Of a DNA stretch of 12,986 nucleotides, positions 1-11,169 are shown one piece after another. Position numbers and translations under genes: made by a program. Position 1 is the stretch's first letter; the number at the start of each line of letters is the position of its first letter. The notes below the pieces were generated by a model that was not told the origin of the DNA, ran no database searches, and saw only the letters and a list, made by a program, of their open reading frames with translations. Source of the stretch: Paraspadella gotoi (Eukaryota > Animalia > Chaetognatha); the NCBI GenBank assembly GCA_051294375.1, contig CM119264.1, positions 8,602,565 to 8,615,550 of the forward strand, given 5' to 3'.

Positions 1-81
1 TCTATTCATGCTTCTGGGGCTAAGAGACACGAGGCATTGAAGGAGATTCCGATTGAGGTCGGCGCACATTTGGGGCTCGAC

Positions 82-190
82 GTCTCCGTCTCTGTCTCCG
101 TCTCCCTCTCTGTCTCTGTCTCCGTCTCTGTCTCTGTCTTTCCTTCATCTCTCTCTCTCTCTTCTCATCTCTTCCTTCTTTCCTCTCCCC
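82..190. repeat. (TCTCYG)n hexamer and CT-rich low-complexity tract
   Basis: Directly visible tctccg/tctctg units running into (CT)n. Confidence 0.85.
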
Positions 191-1081
191 TCGGATGGGC
201 GTGTCAGATATAGAATCAGGCGAAATGGATTTTAGAATCGAACGAGTTTGAAATTTCAATGAGTCGACGAGATTCTCTATTTTTTTTCGGTCCTCTCGCT
301 CTCACTCTCTACATGTCTATCGTCTCGCACTCTATCTCTCACTCCATCTCTTTCAATTAACGGACGTAATTTTTATGAAGACTATCGGCTCTGCGGGAGG
401 GAATTGGCGTAAGTTTCTTATCTTCGGAAATCTCTGAACATTTTATTCAAAATTAAATATATCGAATACGCGATTAGACAATTAGACAATTTGTTCAAAA
501 TTGGCATTGGTTACCTTGATATTTTGGAATATTTCGCCTAATTTTCAGCAACATTTTCCAAAAATTTGGAAGGAAGCGGCGCGAAAAATTTTAACATATC
601 GTTCAAAAAGCTTTAAATACATTACAAGCTGTTGGATTTTTCAGATGTTTTAGATATCGATTGAAAGAAAAATATATTCCCTTGTTTCCTCCATCATAAA
701 CCGTTTTTGAGCTGTAAGAACTTGACGTTATTTCCATAAGAGCTGGACCTCCCTGTTCACTCACAAAATTCAAGAGCAACGAAACTCTACCTCAAAAAAA
801 AATTGTTTTCTGACATTAATCATGAACGAACAGAATTACGGTGAAAGAAAGGAATAAAAATGAGAAAACGGGAAATTTTCTTTATGATTCGAAGACAAAC
901 AAACAAAAAGTATCGGAAAAAGAGAAATCTGGAGATAACGACTTCCAAAGTTGTTCTCACCCCAACTCTCGTTCCCAAACCATGAGAATAAGGCCTGCAG
1001 ATTCCCTTTTGTTTTTTCCCTCGTTTTCTTCAAAATGGCGGATATTATTTCCAGGTTTCTGGATTCGAAACTGCGTCGTTT

Positions 1082-1198
<117 letters not shown>

Positions 1199-1515
1199 CT
1201 GCCCGCCCAGGAAATCACCCGTTTCGCCTGGACTTTGACCTATGGATGAAGGGATCCGTGGTTGTTGTTTTTATGACCTTTGATCATTGCTGACTTTGTT
1301 GGTGCGTTGACGTCATTGTTGGTTTTCTTTTCCTTGATCTTATTATCGTTAGAAAACAGTGAAAAGTCTTGTAACACTGGTTTTATTTGAGGTAATTACC
1401 ATGTGTCTACATCTATATCTATCTATCTATATCTAAAAGCTTTACATTTACATATTTAAAAGTAGTATTTATAATAGTATTATTAACAGTACTGTTATTA
1501 GGTAAAGACTATAAC

Positions 1516-1516
<1 letters not shown>

Positions 1517-1593
<77 letters not shown>
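1517..1593. repeat. (TTA)n microsatellite
   Basis: About 25 perfect units. Confidence 0.98.
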
Positions 1594-1596
<3 letters not shown>

Positions 1597-1711
1597 TAAA
1601 AATATATTATAATTATAATTCATTGCTAAAATATTAAACTAGCAAACAAAATAATGAATTTTTTGGGCTCATTCACAATTTGTACGCTCGCCAAAAACGG
1701 TGTTTTTGTAA

Positions 1712-1743
1712 ACTGAATGCGCTTTCACTGAATGCGCTTTCAC
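1712..1743. repeat. 15-bp tandem duplication
   Basis: actgaatgcgctttc x2 plus ac. Confidence 0.85.
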
Positions 1744-2642
1744 AACCTGAATTGAAGTCTCACTTCCATGAATTATTCCACGTGAAACTCGACGACAAAA
1801 GTTTGAGTAAACTCTTCCCTGGAGCCTTTCCCGCGGAAAAGCGAGAGAAGGAGAGGGACTGAGACGGAGAGAGAAGAAATGATGGTAATACTTGCTACTG
1901 GGCTCAGCCACTCTTTACTTTCCATGAAAATTTGCAAATTACTTGTTTAACTATTTTCTATTTTTATATTTTATGAAGGATTTAGTATTTAATTCTTATT
2001 TTTTAATCAAATATATATTGGTTTCTTTCTTTAAAAAAATTTTACTTATCATTATATCTAATAACTCAATTTGGGAAAGAGAAGTCAGTATTGACTTCTG
2101 GAAATAGAGGGAGCATCTATATAACAGAAGGTTAGATGACAATCTGTCCTAGTTTTCTAATAGATATCACACATCATTTCTGTTAGAAAGTCATTAATGA
2201 AAAATCATAATATCTAAGAGGCTAAACAGAAAGGGGTGGGAATGGATAATTTTTTGAGGGGGGACCAAAGTTATATATGATGTTTTTTACCAATAGGGTT
2301 AAATCTACTATATTATCTTTAATTTTTACGCAGTAGATGTTTTTGTTTCATATGTTTTCTTGATGTTACAAGATACGAGACAAAAACCTTCAAAAACTAA
2401 ATAAGTAAATAAATTAAGACAACAAACCGTTCACTTTTTGGCAGAAAAAAATCGGGAGAATGGACCAAAATGAACCCCCCCAAAAATTTTGATCATGAAT
2501 GAGTAGAATATAATTTTTTACGCCTATAAAATCTAATAATTCTACATAAACATTCGGTACAATATTAGTTTTTATCTTCCTTCGAAAAGATTCAACTCCA
2601 AAAATCTTCGTCAAATCAGCGACATATATTTCCCCCGCTCAG

Positions 2643-2725
2643 GTCTTCGCCTCGAAGGAAGTGATCGCGTTCACCGCCATGGACGTGAACGCACTTTCCA
2701 TGGTAATGGCGCCAAATTGCTTGAG
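2643..2725 (+). CDS. ARHGAP39: RhoGAP39/Vilse-like GTPase-activating protein, penultimate coding exon
   Basis: Acceptor ctcAG (2641-2642), donor GTAAG (2726). Translates [27 protein letters not shown](R), matching the recalled ARHGAP39 segment [28 protein letters not shown]. The preceding exon was not found in the window. Confidence 0.93.
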
Positions 2726-3059
2726 GTAAGTCTCCTCTGCCTGCTTTTTCACTTCGTCCGAGACAGAGTGTGAGAGGAAGATTGAGGAAGAGGGAGGGTC
2801 GCGGTTGGACGAAGAGGAGAGAGAGAGAGAGAGACTGAGCGTGGACCGTGCACGGAAGGAGCGAGAGGACGAGACGACGAGAGAGAGAGAGAGAGATAGT
2901 GTTGGTACTGTTGGCAAAACATGCAATTCGGATTCGTATCTAAATGGTTTACTTAGAGAAAAACACTGTTTTTTTTTCAAAAATATCGAATCGCATTTAG
3001 GTTTTGGGGCAAAAGTAAAAATAGTCCTGGAGAATGTGTTGTTGTGTTGATCATCTTGA

Positions 3060-3497
<438 letters not shown>

Positions 3498-3636
3498 GCA
3501 GACGGACGCCGATTTGGCGAGAAAAATCTTACGTCGATCTTAAAGAAGGCCATTTCATTGGTTAAACAAGTGCACCGTTAATATATTCCTTGTTAGTTAA
3601 ATACTGGGACAAAGGTTTCTTTGCCAATATTTTGAC

Positions 3637-3642
3637 AATAAA
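3637..3642 (+). promoter_or_regulatory. Candidate polyadenylation signal of the ARHGAP39-like gene
   Basis: First AATAAA, about 140 nt after the stop codon. More AATAAA copies follow, so the site used is uncertain. Confidence 0.4.
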
Positions 3643-3805
3643 TTTCAACAATGTAATTAGACAATTTACGAGCCAAGACGACTTTTAACGTGTAGAGATT
3701 TCATTGCATTTAAAACAGTTAACTTAAATTTCCCGCTTCTTCAAAAAAAGATAAATCAAACCAAAATAAAATAGATTGTTACACCCAAATCTAATCTTGC
3801 ACCTA

Positions 3806-3939
3806 CAGTAGTAACCGAATTCGACGAGTCTGACGGAATTTTAAAAAATAATATCCGGAAAATAAAATTCTCAATAATTTTCGATTTGTTCAATAAATCG
3901 AAACATTAAATCCGTCAGTTCAAAATTCGGCAGATGCTG
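3806..3939. mobile_element. Degenerate MITE-like element, Tc1/mariner-type ends
   Basis: Flanked by TA (3804-3805, 3940-3941), starts CAG and ends CTG. Left arm cagtagtaaccgaattcgacgagtctgacggaattttaa resembles the reverse complement of the right arm, cagcatctgccgaattttgaactgacggatttaa. No coding capacity. Confidence 0.5.
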
Positions 3940-4861
3940 TAATTTTTTTTCTCTCTCACACAAAAAAAAAAAAAAAAAAAAACAACCAAAAAACTCATAT
4001 CTCTCTTTTTAGCCTTTTTTGGATTTTCATAGATAAAAGATTGTGACATATCAGTTATTTTTAGAAACATGAAAAAAACAGAAACTTTTTTTTTAAACGA
4101 TTGTCGTCGAAATGATCTTTTGTTTTTTTTTTTAAAAATCCGTCGTACAGACTATCCACAAGACCCGATAGAAAAAAACCAAATGTCCTCTCGTTTTCGA
4201 ACCCAAAAACGTGAAAATCCTTTCGATTTAGAAAGTCTTGAATAGAAAAATCCCTTTCAGATTTTTCCCATTTTCTGCCAGTTTTTAATTTTTATTTTTC
4301 GGTATAATTAAAAACAAAAAAAATATTAATCCATACCTTTTTTTTTTCATCGCTATTGGGCCTTTCTTCCCCCGCAACAACGCCAGTCCTTACAAATCGT
4401 TGGACTCTTCCTTTTTTTTTACCTTTTTTTTCTACGATTCCTATATTTTTCTAGCGCTACCCGCATGCCATCTATCTTAGCGGCATTAGGGGATCCATAG
4501 ATATCAGTATTTAATTGGCGACCGCATTGCTCCGCAACAAACTACCGGCGTTCCCCTTTTTGCTCTATTTTGAATGTCATTTTTTTTTAAAAAAAAGAAA
4601 CATTTCCTGCAGCTTTCCAAGATTCAATCGTCTCTCTCTCTCTCTTTCGCTGTTAACGGAAATAAAACGCCTTCCCCGGTAATTTTTTTTATTTTAAGTG
4701 GAAAAAAAAAGAACAATTATGGGTGACTGTGATGTTATCGTTCGATCTTCCCCGTTTGTCGCCTCCTTAACCTTTGATTCAAATGAAAACGCAAATTGTA
4801 CCTTCTCCGCGCTTCTCCCCTAAATGTGTCTTTTAAATTTTATAGAAGGAAGCAGTTAAAA

Positions 4862-4865
<4 letters not shown>

Positions 4866-4918
<53 letters not shown>
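4866..4918. repeat. (CT)n microsatellite
   Basis: About 26 units. Confidence 0.97.
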
Positions 4919-4921
<3 letters not shown>

Positions 4922-5694
4922 TGTTTTTCTAATTTCTAATTTCTTTCAATCGATTCGTTTGTTTCCGTGCGAGTATGTTTGTTTTGTTTTTTTAACCACC
5001 AAGTTTTTATCGTTTCTCAATTTTTATTTATTTTTTCCATCGATTTTTGTCAGTCAAACGAAATTTTCGCTCTCAACAAAAATTGTATTGGACAAATAGA
5101 GGCCCTCTTATATGAAATCTATTTTTATTATCGTTAGAATAAGTTGAGTTAGTGTTGATTTAGTTACTAAATTTAGGTGAATTCCAATGCGATGAGAGTT
5201 AGAAAAACATATCCCTAAATAAATTAGTTAAGTCACCCGTCTAATGGTATTAAAAATTAAACTTGGTTCTGAAAAACTGACGTATAAAAAATGATTTGAG
5301 CAAAGGTATTTTACCACTTACCAGTTTTTTTCATCTTCACACCAATTACTTAGTACCCGAAAAAATATCGAGTACTCCGAAGCTCTTCGCACGAAGATTA
5401 CTGAATTCGCATGACACAGAAAAAAATATTAAAAATTATCACGTCGATTTTTGCCAAAACAACATTAACAACTTGAAAACTAGTGAAGGCCACCGCGAAT
5501 AATTTCTGGGTAAAATTTTTTCTGCTAAAGGTTATATTGAACATTTATTTTTAAAAATCAAAACGTTAGCAAGAAAACAGGATTCACTTTTTTTGCGAAG
5601 GAGCTAAATTCAATTTTTTCTAATAATATTTAATTGATGCGACGACGAAACACGTTATGATAGGTGGTCAATTTAAAAGGATCAGCGCGTCGTC

Positions 5695-5908
5695 ATGGCG
5701 ACAAAGACAAAATTGGAAATGAGGAAGGAGGTACTGTTCCCGCCGCGCGCGCCAAAGTCTTGGTCGGGAATCCCTCGAGCGATTCGCAGGAACTATACCT
5801 CTAATCAAAGAGTAGGAGGAGGGGACGGGACTCGCTACTCTGTCGACTTCAAAGGCATCGAAGAGAGATACGCAAAGACGTTGGCGCTGGGGAGAGATTG
5901 CTTTAGAG
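5695..5908 (+). CDS. PFK-like gene, probable first coding exon (71-aa N-terminal extension)
   Basis: ATG in good context (gtcATGg), GC-richer than flanks, MATKTKLEMRKEVLFPP...GRDCFR, phase-1 donor G|GTGAGA compatible with the phase-1 acceptor at 7813. No homology recognised; the link rests on phase and position. Confidence 0.6.
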
Positions 5909-6319
5909 GTGAGAGTGAGAGAGAGAGAGAGAGTGAGATGGAAAACGAAAGGAAGAGAAGAGAAAAGGAAGAGAGAGGGAGTTAAGAAAAATTGATGAAA
6001 TGAAAATATTATATACAGAGTTCTATTAATTCACCGAGAAAAATGGATTTTATATCGTGACCTTTGACAGATAAGTTAAAATGACAGCATTAACCACATT
6101 AAAAGAGAGGCAAATCAATAAGATATAGATTTTTTAAAAAATGTTACGATATATAAAGAGACAGACCGACCGAATAGTGCCCGTAACAAGTCGCTCGCTT
6201 CCCACTGAAAAATTAAATTTTCTTACTTCGAATTGAAAAACGAATTGATGTGAAATTTGTCGCGAGGGAAGATCATCGTCAGTCTCTCCCAGAAACATTA
6301 GAGAAGGGGGTGCACCGGT

Positions 6320-6321
<2 letters not shown>

Positions 6322-6405
<84 letters not shown>
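6322..6405. repeat. (GA)n microsatellite
   Basis: About 42 units. Confidence 0.97.
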
Positions 6406-6411
<6 letters not shown>

Positions 6412-6516
6412 CCATTTTGCCGTTTTGCGTCAGTCTCCCTTTCAAACTCAGTCTTGCGTGAGGACATAAAACCATCGGGCGTCGGTGCAGCCGCCGGCGT
6501 CGGTGGCGTCGGTGGT

Positions 6517-6594
6517 GGCGTCGCTGGCGTGAGGGGCGTCGGCGGTGGCGTTGGTGGCGTCGCTGGGGTAAGGGGCGTCGGTGGTGGCGTCAGT
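6517..6594. repeat. GC-rich 39-bp tandem duplication
   Basis: 6517-6555 and 6556-6594 are 34/39 identical and built from ggcgtc/ggt subunits. Confidence 0.85.
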
Positions 6595-7813
6595 GGCAGC
6601 GCAGTTGGTAGCAGAGTCAGAGAAGTCGGTTGACAGAACGACCTTGGTTCTGCAGGCGGAGTAGAGATCGGCGTTGGTAGAACCGGGAGTCAATTCTAGT
6701 TTTCTGCCAACGATTTTATTGGTTTCAATAGAGTTTCCAAGAGCTAATGGCAACGTCAATAAAAACAGTCGCTCGAGACAATATCAGAGAGCCTGTTAAA
6801 GATCGGCGATTGGAATAAAACAGTGAACACATGGTACACTGAGTGAGTCTGTGATAATTTTTTTAAAGTAGACCTGTATCATTATGTTAAGCGACCCGTA
6901 TTGCAGGGTCAGTCGTTTCCATGATTTTGGATTTGTGACAAACGTTAAGTGCAACAAGAAGTGATGAATTCTCCGGCGACAGTCGACGCTGATGGCGAAT
7001 TGAATTGAATTAAATTGTAAACGACATTGACATCGTCTCGTTTGGGAGAGTCGCGGATCTCATTGGTGGGCGTTTGTGGTGGGTGAGGAATCTTTTATCT
7101 GGGTCAATGACAAAGAAAAGAAAGGCGAGAGAAATCATCCAAGTCTCGGCGATGCCAAATAATCCATATCTCTGGCTTTTCTTTCAAAATCTCTATTTTC
7201 TATTTAATCAATCCTATCTTTTCTCACTCTCTTTCTCTCTTTCTCTCTCCCTACTACATCCTTCTCTCTCTCTTTCTCTCTTTCTCACCCTTCCTACCTT
7301 TATCTCCTTGTCTACCTTTCTCACTCGCAGCGCTTCACTCTCGCTCGCAACGACGTCCTGTCGTGCCTGACCTTTCGTTTGGGCGCTGCAGGTGCGCATT
7401 TGCCGCGCTAAAACTGGCACCCTGCCGCTCGAGGGCGCTGCGTCGGCGATTCTCTCTCTCTCTTTCTCTCTCTATCTTACTTTCTCTCTCTCTCTCTCTC
7501 CCTCTCTCTCCCTCTCTCTCTTTCTTTCTCTCACACTCACCTTATTTTCTTCCCTAACCTGTCGACTTTTAAAAAAGGTCAAAGTTCACCGTCAAGTGTT
7601 GGGACGAAGGAAAAAAAAATTAACTCATGAGAAAAAAAGGTCTTTTTGGCCAATTGCGAACTCGTGAAGACTTTTCCTTTTTCACATTCCACTCTTTCTC
7701 TCTCGCTCTCTCTCTCTCTCACTCATAAACATCTTAGGCCCAGTTCATATTCAGATATTGTTTCTCCAGCCTTAACCCAGATTGCCCATCCCCCTATAAT
7801 TCACCTCTAACAG

Positions 7814-7914
7814 ATCAAAGCATCGCCGTCCTCATCGGCACTAAAACCACTGTGCCGGGACTCAACGCGATTCTGACTGCGATCGTTCGGACGGGCCACT
7901 TCATCGGAGCCAAG
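7814..7914 (+). CDS. Divergent 6-phosphofructokinase-like protein, exon 2
   Basis: ctaacAG acceptor, GTCTGT donor. (D)QSIAVLIGTKTTVPGLNAILTAIVRTGHFIGAK aligns to PFK [32 protein letters not shown]. Confidence 0.85.
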
Positions 7915-8427
7915 GTCTGTTTGCTCGGGCTGCTGTTGTGGATGTCGCGTAAAGATTAAGGAGGGCTGAGAAGCGATATCATAGTCTAGCTCAAACCCAA
8001 GATAATTTAGATTAATCATTATTTATTATATTAAGCGAAAGAAAAAAGGGCCGCCGATATCCGGGTTATTTTTACAACTTAGACGAAACAAAATCCTTTA
8101 ATTTCTTGTCCGATCTAATACTTAAGGGAGTGGTCTTTTCATACAATTGAAACATTCTTTGAAATTTTTTCCACTTGATTGATAGGGAGACCAGGTGCTC
8201 TGGGAGTGAATAAACGAGACTGTGAGAGAGTCTTGATTGAAAGCTTGCAGGGACCTGCTATGTCATTATCTTGTAAGAGTGATGGAGGCCGTAAACCACC
8301 AAAGCCTGTCAAAAGTCAGACGGAAGATAGCTTATTTATTAAATGAATGGATAATTTTTATATCGGTTGTACCAATTTCATAAAACGATCTTTTCCCCCC
8401 CCAAAAAAATGTTTTACCCTAATACAG

Positions 8428-8549
8428 GTTTACTTTATTAAAAACGGACTTTTCGGCCTCATGTCCGGCCGACGCTTTTTCGAGGAGGTGACGTGGAACA
8501 AAGTGACGGGCACGGCGTCGCTCACGACTTGCATCTTGGAGACGCAAAG
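8428..8549 (+). CDS. Divergent PFK-like protein, exon 3
   Basis: tacAG acceptor, GTTGAG donor (phase 2). [40 protein letters not shown] aligns to PFK [40 protein letters not shown]. Confidence 0.85.
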
Positions 8550-8552
8550 GTT

Positions 8553-8673
<121 letters not shown>

Positions 8674-9032
8674 AAAGCGTTATCGTTCGTGATATGGATG
8701 AGGTGATGGTGATTTGAACCATTGGGTTTTCGCATATATATACTTTTAATATGTACAAGGACGATTGTTACAAATTTTCCATTAGGCTCCAGTCGCTGTA
8801 AAAAAAATGATGTAAAAAACTAAAGTTATCTGGTGAAGTGAGACTGTAATTATTTCAGGGATTAATTAAAAGTTTTTTATCTATCCAAAAGTATTGGAAA
8901 ACAAGCGTTGCTCCTTTGTTGGTCAAATTTTGTGAATTGATTCTCCATCTAGCGTCTAACCTGAACAACTACAGATTATGAACAAAAAGTCATCCGCAAG
9001 ATATTTACAAATCTTCAATTTAATTATTACAG

Positions 9033-9099
9033 TTGTCCGGACGCTTTCGACGACGTTAAGTCCAAAAGAAAAGCCGTCAAAAATTTAATGGATCATCTG
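9033..9099 (+). CDS. Divergent PFK-like protein, exon 4
   Basis: ttacAG acceptor, GTACAC donor. (S)CPDAFDDVKSKRKAVKNLMDHL aligns to PFK [22 protein letters not shown]. Confidence 0.8.
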
Positions 9100-9182
9100 G
9101 TACACGACTATAAGCAGTAGAGAGAGGTTACAGTTCGCTGTTATACTTACCGACGCTTATGTGCAACAACGAAACCAATCAG

Positions 9183-9292
9183 GCTTTGAACCTCATCGTG
9201 ATCGGTGGGGAGCGGACGCTGCAACAAGGGATCGCCATTCGACAAGAGTGGGACGACCACATCTACGAACTCATCGAAGACGGAACCATCAG
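9183..9292 (+). CDS. Divergent PFK-like protein, exon 5
   Basis: atcAG acceptor, GTGGCG donor. ALNLIVIGGERTLQQGIAIRQEWDDHIYELIEDGTI aligns to PFK [36 protein letters not shown]. Confidence 0.88.
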
Positions 9293-9372
9293 GTGGCGAA
9301 GTTGTGAAGCGGCGAAGCGGCGAAGTTGTGAAGCGGCGAAGTGGCGAAGTTGTGAAGCGGCGAAACGGCGAA
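9293..9372. repeat. 24-bp minisatellite (3.3 copies) made of 8-bp subunits
   Basis: gYggcgaa-gttgtgaa-gcggcgaa x3 plus acggcgaa. Confidence 0.92.
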
Positions 9373-9430
9373 GGATCTAAGCTTCGTTGTTGATAACAAA
9401 TTTTAATTGATCAATATTGAACTCTGGCAA

Positions 9431-9448
9431 TGTGTGTGTGTGTGTGTG
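9431..9448. repeat. (TG)n microsatellite
   Basis: 9 units. Confidence 0.9.
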
Positions 9449-9519
9449 TCTCACTCGGAATTTTTTACGAATTTGTGAAACACTTCCTTTCACTCCTTCT
9501 CTCCCTACCTCACTTTCAG

Positions 9520-9596
9520 AACACAGAAAGCCAAGGACGCGGCGAAAAAGTTTCAGATGGTCGGGATTCTGGCGTCGATGGAAAACGATTACATTG
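9520..9596 (+). CDS. Divergent PFK-like protein, exon 6
   Basis: tttcAG acceptor after a pyrimidine tract, GTGAGA donor. (R)TQKAKDAAKKFQMVGILASMENDYI aligns to PFK LNIVGLVGSIDNDFC. Confidence 0.87.
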
Positions 9597-9732
9597 GTGA
9601 GATCGCATGGAGACAAAATGAAAATGGGTTCGCTCCTCTGAAAACCCTTGAAAAAAAAGTTATAGGCAGACGTCCTATGTTGTTTGTGTTTTTTTTTATG
9701 AACGCCTCGTCAAAACGATTTCTCTCCTCCAG

Positions 9733-9814
9733 GGGGCAATCACTCTCTGGGGATGGACTCGGCTCTGCGCCAAATCGCCAACATCTCCGACGGCATAGAC
9801 AACTCATCCGCCAG
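9733..9814 (+). CDS. Divergent PFK-like protein, exon 7
   Basis: tctcctccAG acceptor, GTTTTA donor. (G)GNHSLGMDSALRQIANISDGIDNSSA aligns to PFK [27 protein letters not shown]. Confidence 0.87.
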
Positions 9815-10103
9815 GTTTTATCGGCGATGATTATGTAGACGACGACGATGGCGACGACGACGATCACTGCGTTTCTTGTTACCAAAAATGATTAATGTCA
9901 ATTCTTGATAATACCACTTCTTATTCTCAAGCAGTTTTGACAAGCAAAATAATAAAAATAAATACGACAAGAGTTGGAACTAAGAAACGAAGCACTCATA
10001 TTGTATAATATGTAAAACCGTTTAACAAAAAAACAATTTAAACGACGGCCCTGAAACCAAAGCCGCACTAAGTTTTAACGACAAAAAAGATCTTGCGCCT
10101 CAG

Positions 10104-10306
10104 AGGACAACGAGTGGGCGTGGTCTACGTTCGCGGCGACGAATGCGGCGCCCTCGCCATCCGCGCCGCACTCGCTCTCGAGGCCGACTACCTCTTGACG
10201 CCGGAGACGCCGCCGTTCGAAGGATGGGAGGCGAAGATGGGGAAGAGGATCATGGAGGCGAAAAGCGACGGCGGGACTTTCAATAACGTCGTCGTCTTGG
10301 CCGAGG
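10104..10306 (+). CDS. Divergent PFK-like protein, exon 8
   Basis: cctcAG acceptor, GTGGGT donor. (R)GQRVGVVYVRGDECGALAIRAALALEADYLLTPETPPFEGWEAKMGKRIMEAKSDGGTFNNVVVLAE(G) aligns to PFK [67 protein letters not shown]. Confidence 0.92.
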
Positions 10307-10682
10307 GTGGGTTGGGTGGGCGGGGCAATGAGGTGGGGTGGGTCCAACGGAGGTGGTCAGGTTGGGGTTGGGTCGGTTGATCGGGAAACAGAGAGCTTTG
10401 GCCCTTTTATTATTTGTTTTTCAATAGTTTGGTCTTTTCTTTGGCGATAGCTTTTTTTTGTTGTGGTTTTTTTTTTTGGTTGATGTTGTTGATCTTTTAT
10501 TTGATCTTTGACCCGAGCTTTGATCTAGAATTCTGACGTTGAAAAAGGGTGGAAAGGAGAGAGCGAGAGGAAATAGGAAAAGAAGAAAAAAAGCCAAGAG
10601 AACGATAACGTTAAAAAAAGAAAAGGAATTGAAAGGTCGTTGACTCTTTCAATTTTATTATTATAGCTTTTCTTGATTAAAG

Positions 10683-10767
10683 GAACGAAGCGGAACACGG
10701 GCGAACCAATTACGCCATCTCAAGTTAAGGACGCCATTCTTGAAAACACTGAAAACGTCGAAGTCCG
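10683..10767 (+). CDS. Divergent PFK-like protein, exon 9
   Basis: ttaaAG acceptor, GTAAGC donor (phase 2). (G)TKRNTGEPITPSQVKDAILENTENVEV(R) aligns to PFK [28 protein letters not shown]. Confidence 0.87.
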
Positions 10768-10893
10768 GTAAGCAGATGGCGCGAGAGAGAGAGGGTGCGA
10801 GAGAGAGAGAGAGAGTCACAAAAAGATCCCTGAGCTAAAAATTCAAAAAGCCTAATGGGTGACTTCCATGTCAGTTCTATTCATTTATCGAAT

Positions 10894-10899
10894 TTTATT
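10894..10899 (-). promoter_or_regulatory. Candidate polyadenylation signal of the AK gene
   Basis: AATAAA on - (tttatt on +), about 120 nt after the AK stop codon. Confidence 0.5.
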
Positions 10900-11018
10900 T
10901 CTTCTCCTTCTCGCGAAATCTCATATTTGCCGATCGATCGTCAGGAGAAATCTCTTGAAAATCTTGTCTCTCTCGTCTTTCTATCTTCCTCTTGCCACTA
11001 TCCCTGTCTTTCTTTCCG

Positions 11019-11066
11019 TCAGAAGCCTCTTTTGCGAAGATGACATTCGATTTCTCGGAAGACGAT
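11019..11066 (-). CDS. AK1: Adenylate kinase (AK1-like), terminal exon
   Basis: Acceptor CTTTCCCTTCTCGAG, phase 0. IVFREIECHLRKRGF* aligns to the AK1 C-terminal helix SVFSQVCTHLDALK*. Confidence 0.78.
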   Translation of the reverse strand: MVFREIECHLRKRGF

Positions 11067-11089
11067 CTCGAGAAGGGAAAGTTCGATAA
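11023..11089 (+). CDS. Possible terminal exon 10 of the PFK-like gene (antisense to the AK last exon)
   Basis: Pyrimidine tract plus cAG (11020-11022), phase-compatible, reads (R)SLFCEDDIRFLGRRSREGKVR*. Only weak resemblance to VTVLGHVQRGG; it may just be the shadow of the AK exon. Confidence 0.3.
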
Positions 11090-11101
11090 TGAGACGATGG
11101 A

Positions 11102-11104
<3 letters not shown>

Positions 11105-11167
<63 letters not shown>
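11105..11167. repeat. (CT)n microsatellite, read as (GA)n in the AK last intron
   Basis: About 31 units. Confidence 0.97.

Positions 11168-11169
<2 letters not shown>

Noticed and set aside
4450-4560. Locally GC-richer intergenic stretch as an ncRNA or tRNA
   Set aside because: No cloverleaf, A/B boxes or recognisable RNA family motif.
9293-9372. CRISPR-like array
   Set aside because: Head-to-tail repeats with no unique spacers, in a eukaryotic intron, with no cas genes.
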